Shown in pieces: positions 1 to 11,390 of a stretch of DNA of 64,000 nt; the first letter of the stretch is position 1; each line of letters opens with the position of its first letter. The notes beneath the pieces are model-generated. The model had not been told where the DNA came from and did no database searches. It saw only the letters and a program-made list of their open reading frames with translations. Position numbers and translations under genes: made by a program. This DNA comes from an uncultured Actinomycetota bacterium (GTDB taxonomy: Bacteria > Actinomycetota > Actinomycetes > Propionibacteriales > Propionibacteriaceae). Location: positions 22,312 through 86,311 of the forward strand of contig CAWHTY010000022.1 of the NCBI GenBank assembly GCA_963832435.1. The letters run 5' to 3'.

Positions 1-2953
1 ACGTCACGGTCCGGATCACGGTCGACGGATACCGGGCAGTGATCGACGACGCCCGGCTCAGCGGACCTCGCGGCGAGGAACCGGTCCGGCCGGCCCGTGC
101 CGCGGTGGTCGACCGGCCGTCGGCCGACCTGTTCGACTCCATCGCCCGGATGCTCGCGCCGCTGCGGCTGAGCTGCGCGGCCGATGAGCAGGTCGACGCG
201 ACGCCCGGCGTCGACATCACCGAGCTGCTCGGCATCACCGATGTCGCCAGGTCAATCCGGCCCTGTGGCAGCCTCGATCGCCGCGCGACTTCCTGCGGGT
301 GCCGATCGGCATGGACGACTTCGGCGCGCCGGTGCTGCTCGACCTCAAGGAGTCGGCCGAGCTCGGCATGGGCCCGCACGGCATCTGCATCGGCGCACCG
401 GATCGGGCAAGAGCGAGATGCTGCGCACCTTGATCCTCGCGCTGGCGCTGTCGCATCCGCCGGAGGACCTCAGCATGGTGCTGGTCGACTACAAGGGCGG
501 TGCGGCGTTCGCGCCGTTCGCCGGCCTGCCGCACGTGGCCGGCATCATCGACAACCTGGCCGACGACCCGCAGCTGACCGAGCGCGCCCGGGCGAGCATC
601 AACGGCGAGGTGGTGCGGCGGCAGGAGATGCTCCGCGACGCCGGCTCGTCACCGTCGATCAGCCACTACCGCGAGCTGCGGAGCCAGCGGCCCGACCTGC
701 CGCCGCTGCCGCACCTGTTCATCGTCATCGACGAGTTCGGCGAGCTGCTGACCGCCGAGCCGGACTTCGTCGACCTGCTGATCACCATCGGGCGGATCGG
801 CCGCTCCATCGGCGTGCACCTGCTGCTGTCGAGCCAGCGGATCGAGGCCGGCAAGCTGCGCGGACTGGACACCTACCTGTCGTACCGGATCGGCCTGCGC
901 ACCTTCTCCGACGTCCGAGAGCACCGTCGTGCTGGACACCCCGGACGCCTTCCACCTGCCCGCCATCCCCGGCTACGGCTATCTCAAGGTCGACACCTCG
1001 GTCTACCGCCGGTTCCGGTCGGGCTACGTCTCCGGGCCGGTGCCGGCGTGGACGGGCCGCCGGCGACCGCCGACACCGAGCGCGGTCGGGCCGCTGCTGC
1101 TGCCGACCTACAACGGCCTGCGCCAAGCGGAGGAGACCGATGACCGAGGAGGAACTGACCGCGCCGACGGTCGCCCGGCCGCTGGTCGCGGAGTGCGTCG
1201 ATCGGCTGCAGGCGGGCGCCAGCGACCGGCGTGGTCGCGCCGGTGTGGCTGCCGCCGCTGCCCGACCGGCTGGCGCTGGCCCGGGTCCTCCCCGACGAGC
1301 TCGACCGCGCCGCGGCCCGGGCCGGTGCGGGACTGTTGGTCCCGATGGGCCTGCTCGACAACCCGGCCAAGCAGCGGCAGGAGCCGTGGCTGCTGGACCT
1401 CGGCGAGGGCCGGCGGCCACGTCGCCGTGATCGGCGCGCCCGCAGTCCGGCCGGAGCACCTTCCTGCGCACCCTGGCCGCCTCGGTGGCGCTGACCCACA
1501 CCCCGCGCGAGGTCAGCATCTACGGCATGGACCTGACCGGCGGCGGGCTGCGGCGGATCGAGGGCTTCCCGCACGTCGGCGGGGTGGCGACCCGGGCCCA
1601 CCGCGACCGGCTGCGTCCGGCTGCTGGAGGAGCTGCGCGGCATGCTCGCGGTCCGGGAGGCGGTGTTCCGCGAGCACGGCATCGACTCGCTGGCCGTCGC
1701 TGCGGGCCGCGCACGCGGCCGGCCGGATGCCCGAGCTGGTCTCGGCCGAGGTCGTGTTGCTGGTCGACGGCTTCGGCGCAGCTGCGGACCGACTTCGAGG
1801 AGCTCGAGGACGCCGTTGATCGCGCTGCTGCAGCGCGGCGGCAGCTTCGGCATCCACGTGGTGCTGGCGCTGACCCGCTGGAACGAGCTGCGGATGGCCC
1901 AGCAGCCGCTGATCGGCACCCGGTTCGAGCTCCGGCTGAACGACCCGGCCGACTCGATCATCGGCCGCAAGCTGCAACGCCGATGCTGCGGGCCGAGCAG
2001 CCCGGGCCGGGTGCTGACCGAGGACAGCCTGTTCGCCCAGGTCGCGCTGCCGGTGCTGGACGACGCACCGACGACGAGCTCGGCGAGGCGATCGAGGCGC
2101 TGGCCGAGCGCGTCCGCGGCCAGCTGGCAGGGACCGGCGGCGGCGCCGATCCGGCTGCTGCCGACCGACTTCGCCCCGGCCGAACTGCCCGACGCCTTGG
2201 ACGAGCCGGATGCGCTGCCGTTCGGGCTGCGGCAGGACACCATGGAGCCGGCCCTGCTCGGAGCTGGGCGAGCGCCGACCAGCACCTGCTGGCCTTCGGC
2301 GACACCCGCTCCGGCAAGACGACGCTGCTGCGCGGGATCGTCCGCGGCCTGCTGGAGCGGTTGACCCCCGACGAGCTGGTGATCGCGGTGATGGACATCC
2401 GGGGCGACGTGGCCGCCGCGGTCCCGGACGCCTACCTGGGCGGGCACGCCACGACCAGCGGTCCTGGCGCGCGGCCTGTCGGCGGCGATCGCGGCCGAGC
2501 TGGAGAAGCGGCTGACCCAGCCGGCGACCCGACCCGGCCGGAGCCCATGCCGCGGGCGGGCCGCGCCGGTCCGCGGATCGTGGTGATCGCCGACGACTAC
2601 GACATCTTCGCCTCCGGCGGCACCGAGCCGCTGCAGCCGCTGCTGCCGTACCTGCCGTCGGCTCGGGACCTCCGGCTGCACGTGCTGCTGACCCGGCCGG
2701 TCGCCGGGGCGTCGCGGGCAATGTACGACGTGGCCCTGCAGACCCTCCGCGACACCGGCGGCAGCTGCTGATGATGTCCGGGCGAACGCGGCGAGGGCCA
2801 GATCGTGCCCCAGGTGTACGCCGAGCAGATGGTGCCCGGGACGGGGCCGCTTCGATCCGCCGCGGCGAGCGGCCGCGGATCGTCCAGGTCGCCCACACCC
2901 GGGCGGGACCCCACCAGGACGCCTCGGGGGGCGGTGGTCCGCATGCCGCGTGA
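1..2953 (+). CDS. eccC: Type VII secretion FtsK/SpoIIIE ATPase EccC (apparently single-chain EccCa+EccCb); 5'-truncated by the window, many frameshifts
   Basis: Fragments in alternating frames: TGSGKSEMLRTLIL (Walker A), LSMVLVDYKGG, LFIVIDEFGELL (Walker B), GRSIGVHLLLSSQR, VAPVWLPPLP, IYGMDLTGGGL, GDTRSGKTTLL, IVVIADDYD. Three ATPase domains in order. Confidence 0.85.
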
Positions 2954-3279
2954 GATCGTGCTGGCCTCCGACCAGCCGGTCACGCGGCCCTGCTGGTGCA
3001 GGCCGCCGTGAGGTCGACGACACCCTGGTCCCGCGGGTCCTGTTCGCGGGATGGGTCACCCAGCTGGTGGACGGGGACGACGTGGCGGTGCTCAGCATCG
3101 AGCTGTCCAGGCCGCTCGACGACCTGTACGACGTCGAGCGGCTCACCGGGCTGGCGGAGCAGGACCAGATCTGGTGGACCGAGGCACGGCGCCGTGGGGC
3201 CCGCCGGAACGACCGGCGTCGGGTTGCGCGGGCGCTCGCGGAGCTGATGCTGGCCGGATCGCCGTCAGGAGGGCGCTGA
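2943..3279 (+). CDS. Small hypothetical protein overlapping the eccC end (frameshifted)
   Basis: ATG at 2943 (MPREIVLASDQPV) continues after a frame change as EVDDTLVPRVLFAGWVTQLVDGDDVAVLSIELSRPL...IWWTEA; coding-like codon usage. Confidence 0.5.
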
Positions 3280-3857
3280 TCGCCGCGGCGGATCTGGTCG
3301 CGGGACGGCGGGTGGGGTGGGCACGACGACGGTGGCGGCGCTGGTGGTGAACCGGCTGGCCGGGGGCCGGAGGGGCGCGGGTGTCGATCACACGCGGGGA
3401 CCTGGGGCTCCGGCTGGCCGCCGGGGACGCCGCCGAGACGACCGACGACCGGCTGGTGACGACCTGGGGGCGCACGCTCTCTCGGCGGGCCGGCGCTCGG
3501 TGACCGCGGGTGGTGTGGTGGGAGCGCCGCGACCGGAGTGGGGTGCGAGCTGGCCGCCGCCGGTCTCACCGCGGTCCGGGATGCGGCGGACCGGCGCCTG
3601 GCCGCACCGTGTGGTGTGTCGGGGCTGGGTCGGACCGGATCACGCAAGGCCGCGGTTGGCACGGGGAGCCGGGCGGTGGTGTGTGCCGCGACCTCGTGGC
3701 GCGGGGGCGGTGCGTGGCCGGTCGCGGAGTGACGCGGCGGTCGAAGCTGAGGGCGGTGACGGGGCGGGGTGGGGCGGCTGGGGGCGTGTGCGAGCGGCGG
3801 CGGGGGTGCGGAAGAGCTGAGGGGGGAGAGGGGGGACGGGGCGGGCGCGGGCGGCGC

Positions 3858-4934
3858 TCAGCGCTCGGCGGTGGTGCTCTCGACCCGGTCGGCCTTCTCG
3901 CCGCCCGCCTCCAACGAGTCCCCGGCGGGCAGCTCCTGGTGGCCGCCGAACTGCTGGCGCATGGCCGACAACAGCTGGTTGGCGTACTTGTCCTCATCAC
4001 GGGAGGCGAACCGCTCGAACAGCGAGGCGGCCAGGACCGGCGCGGGGACGCCGATGTCGACGGCCGCCTTGACGGTCCAGCGGCCCTCGCCAGAGTCCGA
4101 CACCCGGCCGGCCAGGCCGTCCAGGGTCGGGTTGGCCTGCAGCGCGGCCGCGGTGAGATCGAGCAGCCAGGACGAGATCACCGAGCCGCGTCGCCAGAGC
4201 TCGGCGACCTTGCCGGTGTCGATGTCGAACTGGTAGTACTCGGGCTCCTCCAGCGGCGCCACCTCGGCGGAGTGCTCGGCAGCCTTGATCCCGGCGTCGG
4301 CGTTGTTGATGATGTTCAGACCCTCGGCGAAGGCGGCCATGATGCCGTACTCGATGCCGTTGTGGACCATCTTGACGAAGTGCCCGGCACCGGACTTGCC
4401 GCAGTGCAGGTAGCCCTGCTCCTCCTGCCCCAGATCCCCGGAGCGCCCCGCGGTGCGGTCGATCTCGCCGGGCCCGGGGGCGATGGTCTTCAGGATGGGG
4501 TCGATCCGGGCGACCGCCTCGTCGTCGCCACCGACCATCAGGCAGTAGCCGCGCTCCAGCCCGAACACGCCACCGCTGGTGCCGATGTCGATGTAGTGGA
4601 TCTTGCTCTCGCGCAGCTTGGCCGCCCGCCGGACATCGTCGCGGTAGTTGGAGTTGCCGCCGTCGATGATCGTGTCGCCCTCGTCGAGCAGGGCGGCGAA
4701 CTGGTCGACGATCTTGCCGGTGATGCCGGCCGGGATCATCACCCAGACCGCCCGGGGCTGCTCCAGCTTGGCGACGAAGTCCTCCGGGCTCTCCGCCCCG
4801 ACCGCGCCCTCGGCGGCCAGCCCGGCCACCGAATCGGGGTTGACGTCGTAGACCACGCACTCGTGGCCACCCCTCATCAGGCGGCGGACGATGTTGGCGC
4901 CCATCCGCCCCAGGCCGATCATTCCCAGCTGCAT
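3858..4934 (-). CDS. gnd: 6-phosphogluconate dehydrogenase (decarboxylating, short YqeC/Gnd type)
   Basis: MQLGMIGLGRMG Rossmann motif, IIDGGNS, GAGHFVKMVHNGIEYG, VSDSGEGRWT, MRQQFGGH; ATG at 4934. Confidence 0.95.
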   Translation of the reverse strand: MQLGMIGLGRMGANIVRRLMRGGHECVVYDVNPDSVAGLAAEGAVGAESPEDFVAKLEQPRAVWVMIPAGITGKIVDQFAALLDEGDTIIDGGNSNYRDDVRRAAKLRESKIHYIDIGTSGGVFGLERGYCLMVGGDDEAVARIDPILKTIAPGPGEIDRTAGRSGDLGQEEQGYLHCGKSGAGHFVKMVHNGIEYGIMAAFAEGLNIINNADAGIKAAEHSAEVAPLEEPEYYQFDIDTGKVAELWRRGSVISSWLLDLTAAALQANPTLDGLAGRVSDSGEGRWTVKAAVDIGVPAPVLAASLFERFASRDEDKYANQLLSAMRQQFGGHQELPAGDSLEAGGEKADRVESTTAER

Positions 4935-5090
4935 AGATCCACTCCGATCCTCGACGTCAGGCATGAACCTAACAGCAGCCCGACGCAGCCATGGAGGGAC
5001 CGCCACCGCCGTCTCACCGAGACCGTCGAGCCGTCTGACCGACGCCGTCGAGGCTCGGGGGCGGGACGGCCCGGCACGTGTCGCGGCGCC

Positions 5091-6251
5091 TCAGGACGGC
5101 AGTCGCATCAGCATGATCACGTGCCGGTAGTCGGTGATCGGGTCGCCGTCCAGGGCCGGCAGGCCGGTCAGCTGGCACGGCTTGCTGGGGGCGGTGAAGG
5201 CGAAGTTCACGTACGGGGTGTCGAAGGCGCCCAGCGCGTCCAGCAGGTAGCTGGGGTTGAAGCCGGCCGCGGTGACGACCGGGTCGCCGCCCGCGGGCTG
5301 GTCCACGATCGCCTCAATGGCCTCCGAGGCCTGCGCCTGGTCCCCGGTGGCCGCCTCCAGCGTCACCACCTGGTCCCCGATCAGCATCCGCAGCGAGGTG
5401 TTGCGTTCGGCGACCAGAGCCACCCGGCGGGCGGCGGCGATCACGTCGGCGGTGTTGACGCGCACGTTCATCAGGGCCTGGGTGTTCATGATGTGCCGGA
5501 CCTTGGGGAACTCCCCGTCCAGCAGCCGGGTGGTGGTCTCCCGCTCCCCCGCCGCCCCGTGGCCCTCGAAGCCGATGATCCCGTCGCCGCTTCCGGCGGC
5601 GGCGAGACTGAGCGTGACCTGCTCGCCGGCGGTCATCGACCGGGCGGTGTCGGCCAGCACCTTCGCCGGTACCAGCGCCGTGGCCGAGGCCTGGGTCGAC
5701 GTCGGGTTCCAGGACAGCTCCCGCAACGCCATCCGGTAACGGTCGGTGGCCAGCAGCGAGACCGTCTCGCCCTCGATCTCCACCCGCACCCCGGTGAACA
5801 CCGGCAGCAGCTCGTCGCGGCCGGCGGCGACCACCACCTGGGCCACGGCCTGGGCGAAGACGTCACTGGGCACGGCTCCGGTGGCCTCCGGCATCAGCGG
5901 CAGCGACGGGTAGTCCCCGACCGGCAGGGTCTGCAGCGTGAACCGGGCGCTGCCGCAGACCAGCTCCATCCGCCCACCTTGAGCGGAGATCTGCACCGGC
6001 TTGGCGGGCAGGCTGCGGGCGATGTCGGAGAGCAGCCGCCCCGACACCAGCGCCTCACCGCCGTCACTGACGTCGGCCTTGACGGTGATCTTGGCCGACG
6101 TCTCGTAGTCGAAGCTGGAGAACGTGACTCCGTCGGCGTCGGCCCGGACGAGAAGACCCGCCAGGATCGGCACGCTCGGACGCGTCGGCAGGCTGCGCGC
6201 CGCCCACTGGACGGCCTCGGCCAGCACGTCGCGTTCGAGCCGGATCCTCAC
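5091..6251 (-). CDS. dnaN: DNA polymerase III beta sliding clamp
   Basis: FSSFDYETS, LVSGRLLSDI, LLATDRYRMA, RLLDGEFP, GFNPSYLLDAL; lies downstream of dnaA/oriC. Confidence 0.97.
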   Translation of the reverse strand: MRIRLERDVLAEAVQWAARSLPTRPSVPILAGLLVRADADGVTFSSFDYETSAKITVKADVSDGGEALVSGRLLSDIARSLPAKPVQISAQGGRMELVCGSARFTLQTLPVGDYPSLPLMPEATGAVPSDVFAQAVAQVVVAAGRDELLPVFTGVRVEIEGETVSLLATDRYRMALRELSWNPTSTQASATALVPAKVLADTARSMTAGEQVTLSLAAAGSGDGIIGFEGHGAAGERETTTRLLDGEFPKVRHIMNTQALMNVRVNTADVIAAARRVALVAERNTSLRMLIGDQVVTLEAATGDQAQASEAIEAIVDQPAGGDPVVTAAGFNPSYLLDALGAFDTPYVNFAFTAPSKPCQLTGLPALDGDPITDYRHVIMLMRLPS

Positions 6252-6398
6252 ACTGCCTCCTGCGGCGTCACACTGCCGTGCGGTTCCGCCGGTCGGCGGG
6301 CGCCCGACGCATCATACCGACGCGCGACCCACCCGCTTCCCCGCGTGAACGCGCCGCCCGGACGGGTCTCAGCCAGTCCGCGCAGCTCACCTCGAGGC

Positions 6399-6788
6399 TC
6401 AACGACCCCGCTCGCCGGGAAGCAGGCTGCGCAGGTCCTCCGCGGCCGCCAGGGCCTCGTCCTGCAGCGGACCCAGGGGCTCGAGGCCGGCGGGGATCGG
6501 GCCGGTGAAGACGGGCCGGACCTCGAAGACCAGGTCGAGGACTGCCTCGCGGGTGACCTCGCCGCGACGCAGAGCCATCGCGTCGCCGGCCAGCCGGCTG
6601 TACTCGTTCACCCGGCCCCGCCAGCCGGGGTTGTCCATCGTGCTGTCCCGGCGCATCTCCGCGGCCAGCGCATCCAGGGCGCGCTCCAACCGCTGCAACT
6701 GGCTCCGCCGTCGCTCCTGATCGAGGGTGATCGGCACGTCCTCCGCGTCGTCGCCGCCGCGCCCGAACAGCCTGCTGAGTAGTCCCAC
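6399..6788 (-). CDS. Hypothetical ~129-aa helical protein between oriC and dnaN
   Basis: GTG at 6788: MGLLSRLFGRGGDD...LQRLERALDALAAEMR...NPGWRGRVNEYSRL...LDLVFEVRPVF; strong GC3 bias. Confidence 0.7.
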   Translation of the reverse strand: MGLLSRLFGRGGDDAEDVPITLDQERRRSQLQRLERALDALAAEMRRDSTMDNPGWRGRVNEYSRLAGDAMALRRGEVTREAVLDLVFEVRPVFTGPIPAGLEPLGPLQDEALAAAEDLRSLLPGERGR

Positions 6789-6799
6789 ACCACGCCTCT

Positions 6800-7213
6800 C
6801 TGCGCGTTCACTGCGGTCGGTCGGCGGGGCTTGTCCCCAGCGAGCGGCCGTCCTGACTTGGACAGGAGATGACATATGTAACCACTCGTCGTCGTCGTAG
6901 GTGCTGTGGAAGCTGTGGACAACCCTCGTCGGGGCTGGTCACCGCGGGTTACGCGATGTTGGCCGGAGTGTGAACAACAAGGAACTACACGGGAAGGATC
7001 TCGGGACAGACTGCGGACGGTCCGGCGGGCTTCCACCTGAGATCCCGTCCCACCCCGGGGACACCCCGAGTTGTCCACAGATCTGTCCCCAGGTGTGTGA
7101 AGGGCGTTACCCGGCCGAGATGTGACCGCCACCGGGTCGACATCGGCGCGCGTCGGCTGGGTCGACGGGCCCGGGTCCGCAGTCGGGCTTCGGGTGGGAC
7201 GGGCGTGCACCGA
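6800..7213. other. oriC: Replication origin oriC (dnaA-dnaN side)
   Basis: DnaA boxes TTGTCCCCA 6831-6839, TGTGGACAA 6914-6922, TGTGAACAA 6969-6977, TTGTCCACA 7071-7079, CTGTCCCCA 7083-7091; trinucleotide run 6885-6900 and AT-richer patch 6868-6882. Confidence 0.9.
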
Positions 7214-8773
7214 TCAGCGCTGCGACGCCTGCTGCTTGATCCGGTTGGTCAGCTCGGTGACCTGGTTGTAGACGCTGCGGCGCTCGGCCATCAGGGTGCG
7301 GATCTTGCGGTCGGCGTGCATCACCGTGGTGTGGTCGCGGCCGCCGAACTGGGCGCCGATCTTGGGCAGCGAGAGGTCGGTGAGCTCGCGGCACAGGTAC
7401 ATGGCGATCTGCCGGGCGGTGACCAGGACGTGGGTCCGGCTCTGGCCGCTGAGGTCCTCGATGCTGAGCCCGAAGTAGGCCGCCGTCTGCGCCATGATCA
7501 TCGCCGAGGTGATCTGGGCCTCGCCGCCCTCGGGGATCAGGTCCTTGAGGACGACTTCGGCCAGCGCCATGTCGACCTGCTGCCGGTTGAGGCTGGCGAA
7601 CGCCGTGACCCGGATCAGCGCCCCTTCCAGCTCGCGGATGTTGGTCTGGATCTTGCTGGCGATGAACTCGAGCACGTCGGGACCGGCCACCAGCCGTTCC
7701 TGGGCGGCCTTCTTCCGCAGGATGGCGATCCGGGTCTCGAGGTCAGGTGGCTGGATGTCGGTGATCAGACCCCAGCCGAACCGGCTGCGGAGCCGCGGCT
7801 CCAGGTTCTCCAGCAGCTTGGGCGGCCGGTCGGAGGTCATCACGATCTGCTTCTGGGCGTTGTGCAGGGTGTTGAAGGTGTGGAAGAACTCCTCCTGGGT
7901 CTGCTCCTTGCCCTCCAGGAACTGGATGTCGTCGATCAGCAGCACGTCGACGTCCCGGTAGCGCCGGCGGAAGTCCGCGCCCTTGTTCTGGCTGATGGCG
8001 TTGATGAAGTCGTTCGTGAGCTCCTCGGTGGACACGTAGCGCACCCGGATGCCGCGGTCCAGGTAGTTGCGGACGTAGTGACCGATGGCGTGCAGCAGAT
8101 GGGTCTTGCCCAACCCGGACTCGCCGTAGATGGTCAACGGGTTGTACGACTTCCCGGGGTTCTCCGCCACCGCGATCGCGGCCGCGTGGGCGAACCGGTT
8201 GGAGCCGCCGATGACGAACGTCTCGAACGCGTACTTGGGGTTGAGCCGGACGTCGCCGTCGCGGCGCCCCGGACGCAGGGGCTCGCCCTCGCCGGCGGGT
8301 GGCAGTGGTCGGTCCGGTGACCGGGAGTCCAGGTCCGTGGAGTGGTTCGAGTGGTTCGGGTGGCTCGTCGGGCGGCTGTGGGTGGGCCGGTCGTAGGTCG
8401 GTCGGGGGTCGAGCACCGAGCCGTTCAGCAGACCGTCGGGCAGCGGGTTCGGTGGCGGCGGATAGGCATCGACCGGCGTCTCGTCGCTGCGCTCGAGGTT
8501 GATCGGGGTGGCGGTGAGGGACTCGTCGACGATGACCGCCAGCTGAACGGAGCGCTGGTAGTAGAGGCTCAGCTCGCGCTCGAGGCTCTCCCGGAACCGC
8601 CCCTCGAGCTGGTTCCGGGTGAAGTTGTTCGGCACGGCGAGCATCAGCGCGTCCTGGTGCAGCGCAACCGGGTTCGCACTGTCCAACCAGCGCCGCAGCT
8701 CGGGGGGAGACGAGCTGTAGACGTGCTCCCAGGCAAGCCGGGTCGTCTGGTCGCTGGCTGAGGCTTCGGTCAC
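7214..8773 (-). CDS. dnaA: Chromosomal replication initiator DnaA
   Basis: [69 protein letters not shown]. Confidence 0.99.
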   Translation of the reverse strand: MTEASASDQTTRLAWEHVYSSSPPELRRWLDSANPVALHQDALMLAVPNNFTRNQLEGRFRESLERELSLYYQRSVQLAVIVDESLTATPINLERSDETPVDAYPPPPNPLPDGLLNGSVLDPRPTYDRPTHSRPTSHPNHSNHSTDLDSRSPDRPLPPAGEGEPLRPGRRDGDVRLNPKYAFETFVIGGSNRFAHAAAIAVAENPGKSYNPLTIYGESGLGKTHLLHAIGHYVRNYLDRGIRVRYVSTEELTNDFINAISQNKGADFRRRYRDVDVLLIDDIQFLEGKEQTQEEFFHTFNTLHNAQKQIVMTSDRPPKLLENLEPRLRSRFGWGLITDIQPPDLETRIAILRKKAAQERLVAGPDVLEFIASKIQTNIRELEGALIRVTAFASLNRQQVDMALAEVVLKDLIPEGGEAQITSAMIMAQTAAYFGLSIEDLSGQSRTHVLVTARQIAMYLCRELTDLSLPKIGAQFGGRDHTTVMHADRKIRTLMAERRSVYNQVTELTNRIKQQASQR

Positions 8774-8892
8774 TCGTACTCCGCGTCTGGCTCGTGTCCG
8801 CCGACGACCGAACAGTCACAGAACCCCCTGCGCGGCGGTTCGTCATCCGGTTGACGCTGGCTGCGTGATGCTTCCTGAGCGCCTACCTTAAC

Positions 8893-8925
8893 CACTCCAC
8901 AGTTTTATCCACAGCCTGTGCGTAA
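8893..8925. promoter_or_regulatory. DnaA boxes upstream of dnaA (autoregulation or second origin part)
   Basis: Perfect TTATCCACA at 8905-8913, flanked by CACTCCACA (8893-8901) and inverted TGTGCGTAA (8917-8925). Confidence 0.8.
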
Positions 8926-9201
8926 GAAGACAGGACAACAGTGGAACCCTCGGGAATTGAGGGCCCGCGTCGATGAGGCCGTGCCGTAGAGCGATCTGCT
9001 GAGCGCGTCTGGATCGTGAACTAATCTGCAAAAGTGTTGGTGAGGCGTCGCAGGACGCTAGCAACCGGAAACGGCTGGGGGCAAGAGATCTGAGAAAATA
9101 CGACAGCTTCGCGGCGTGTCGTCTCGACAGGAACCTCGGCACCGGCGACATGTCGACACATGCCCACCCACAGCGACACGGTGCACGGCTGGTTCACCGG
9201 T

Positions 9202-9230
9202 TTGACCGGCTTGGAGGGTCCCCGTACCGT
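9202..9230 (+). promoter_or_regulatory. Housekeeping-sigma promoter of the rpmH operon
   Basis: TTGACC-N17-TACCGT about 100 nt upstream of rpmH. Confidence 0.65.
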
Positions 9231-9327
9231 TAGCAGGTCGCTGTGTTCAGCGGCCCCTGTTGTGGTGCCCACCGTCTCCGGACGGCGGGGCTGCCTTCGC
9301 CAACCGACACGATGTGGGAGTAGTCCC

Positions 9328-9465
9328 GTGAGCAAGCGTACGTTCCAGCCGAGCAACCGGCGCCGCAGCCGCACCCATGGCTTCCGCCTCCGGATGCGGA
9401 CCCGGGCCGGACGCGCCATCCTTGCCGCCCGTCGGCGCAAGGGCCGCGCCACCCTGTCAGCCTGA
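9328..9465 (+). CDS. rpmH: 50S ribosomal protein L34
   Basis: [45 protein letters not shown]. Confidence 0.98.
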   Translation: MSKRTFQPSNRRRSRTHGFRLRMRTRAGRAILAARRRKGRATLSA

Positions 9466-9476
9466 GTTCTCCGGCC

Positions 9477-9818
9477 GTGCTGCCCAGGCCCGCGCGGATG
9501 CGGAGTGCGGAGGACTTCCGCCGCACTGTGCGGGGCGCGCGCGCCGGCCGACCCACCCTGGTGGTGCACGTCGCCGCCGTGCCCCGGACCGGAGTACGGG
9601 TGGGATTCGTGGTCTCCAAGGCCGTCGGCGGGGCGGTCCGCCGGAACCTGGTCAAGCGCCGGCTGCGGCATCTCGCAGCCGCGCAGCTCGCGGTCACCCC
9701 GGACGGAACCGACGTCGTGGTACGCGCGCTGCCTGCGGCGGGCCGGCAGCCCGACGCCGTCCGCGACGACCTGCCGGCGGCCTGGTCCGCGGCGCTGCGA
9801 CGACGGGACCGGCGGTGA
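9477..9818 (+). CDS. rnpA: Ribonuclease P protein component
   Basis: [25 protein letters not shown] (RNR motif); follows rpmH. Confidence 0.95.
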   Translation: MLPRPARMRSAEDFRRTVRGARAGRPTLVVHVAAVPRTGVRVGFVVSKAVGGAVRRNLVKRRLRHLAAAQLAVTPDGTDVVVRALPAAGRQPDAVRDDLPAAWSAALRRRDRR

Positions 9819-10177
9819 AATACCTGCTCATCGGCCTGCTGAAGGTCTACCGGCTGGTCATCAGCCCGTTGTACGGCAACGTCTGCCGCTACTACCCCAG
9901 CTGCTCGGCGTACGCCCTGCGGGCGGTCGAGGTGCACGGCGCCGTGAAGGGCAGCTGGCTCGCCGCCCGTCGGCTCGCGCGCTGCCACCCGTGGGCCCGC
10001 GGTGGGTACGATCCCGTACCGGGAACCCCTGAATTCGACGAAGAGATGCGTGTTCGAGCGGGGGCCGCGGACAGACTGGACGACAGCCCGGGCCCCGCCG
10101 GACCGATCGCGAACCCCCAGAACCCCGACAACGCAGCTGAGCGAGCCCACACGGCTCACGGACGAGGTGTCAATTGA
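9815..10177 (+). CDS. yidD: Membrane protein insertion efficiency factor
   Basis: [23 protein letters not shown]...[14 protein letters not shown]. Confidence 0.93.
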   Translation: MKYLLIGLLKVYRLVISPLYGNVCRYYPSCSAYALRAVEVHGAVKGSWLAARRLARCHPWARGGYDPVPGTPEFDEEMRVRAGAADRLDDSPGPAGPIANPQNPDNAAERAHTAHGRGVN

Positions 10178-11253
10178 TCGACCTGCTGATCCCCCTGAGC
10201 ATCTGGGATCCCTTCATCGCCGTCGGCAGCGCGATCATGCAGCCGCTCTACTGGGTGGTCTCCGGGCTGCTGGTGCTGTTCCACTCGCTGTGGACGCCGG
10301 TGTTCGGCAGCGCCTCCGGGTGGACCTGGACGTTGTCGATCGTCAGCCTGACCGTGGTCATCCGGGTCGCGCTGATCCCGCTGTTCGTCAAGCAGATCAA
10401 GTCCTCGCGCTCGATGCAGCTGCTGCAGCCGAAGGTGCGCGAGCTGCAGAAGAAGTACGGTCACGACCGGGAGAAGCTCGGTCAGGAGACCATGAAGCTC
10501 TACCGGGAGAACAACGCCAACCCGTTGTCGTCCTGCCTGCCGCTGCTGCTGCAGATGCCCATCTTCCTGGCCTTGTTCCGGGTGCTGGACGGTGCGGCCA
10601 ACGGCATCGCGCGCGGGCACTGGCTGAACATCCATCCCGAGCTGGTCCGATCGCTGGAGAACGCGACCATCTTCGGCGCCCGGATCTCCGACACCTTCAT
10701 GAAGGCCGGGTTCGCCGGCGGGATCAACAGCATCCACATCGTCACGGTCGTCCTCATCCTGGCGATGACCGCGACGCTGTTCGTCACCCAGCTGCAGCTG
10801 ATGCGCAAGAACATGCCGCCGGAGGCTCTGACCGGCCCCTTCGCCCAGCAGCAGAAGATCATGCTCTACCTGTTCCCGGTGATCTTCGCGGTCGGCGGCA
10901 TCAACTTCCCGGTCGGGGTGCTGATCTACTGGTTCACCTCGAACCTGTGGACCATGGCCCAGCAGTTCTACGTCATCCGGCGCAACCCGGCGCCCGGCAC
11001 CCCGGCGTACGACGCGTGGGAAGAGCGCCGCAAGGCCAAGCACAAGCCGGTTCCGTCGACTGCCGTCGAGCCCAGCGGTGACGGGCCCCGGGTCAACCGG
11101 GCCGGGACCAACGGCCGCCGCAGTGCCGCCCCCAGCAGCAACGGCAGCAACGGCACCGGGGGCTCCTCCCCCGACGGAGCAACCGCGGCCGAGCCACCCC
11201 GGGTGATCCGGCAGCAACCGCGCAAGCAGCCCCGCTCCCAGCGCAAGCGGTGA
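10174..11253 (+). CDS. yidC: Membrane protein insertase YidC
   Basis: [46 protein letters not shown]. Confidence 0.96.
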   Translation: MIDLLIPLSIWDPFIAVGSAIMQPLYWVVSGLLVLFHSLWTPVFGSASGWTWTLSIVSLTVVIRVALIPLFVKQIKSSRSMQLLQPKVRELQKKYGHDREKLGQETMKLYRENNANPLSSCLPLLLQMPIFLALFRVLDGAANGIARGHWLNIHPELVRSLENATIFGARISDTFMKAGFAGGINSIHIVTVVLILAMTATLFVTQLQLMRKNMPPEALTGPFAQQQKIMLYLFPVIFAVGGINFPVGVLIYWFTSNLWTMAQQFYVIRRNPAPGTPAYDAWEERRKAKHKPVPSTAVEPSGDGPRVNRAGTNGRRSAAPSSNGSNGTGGSSPDGATAAEPPRVIRQQPRKQPRSQRKR

Positions 11254-11390
11254 GCACGGCACCCAGCCGGCGACGTCCACGTACCCCTGCCTGAACACCG
11301 TTCGACCCTGTGACCTTGTCCGAGCGCTGAGGCTGCCGCCGTGGCAGCAGGCGCGCGGACCGATCGGGCCCCGGCCCAGAGGAGAATGTC

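Noticed and set aside
3740-3857. G-rich tract as a functional G-quadruplex
   Set aside because: It lies in the lowest-quality part of the window and cannot be distinguished from base-calling noise.
3510-6782. 1090-aa plus-strand ORF (and similar long ORFs such as 53008-56148 minus, 42778-45369 plus, 61179-63998 minus)
   Set aside because: Antisense shadows of real genes, caused by stop-codon scarcity at high GC.
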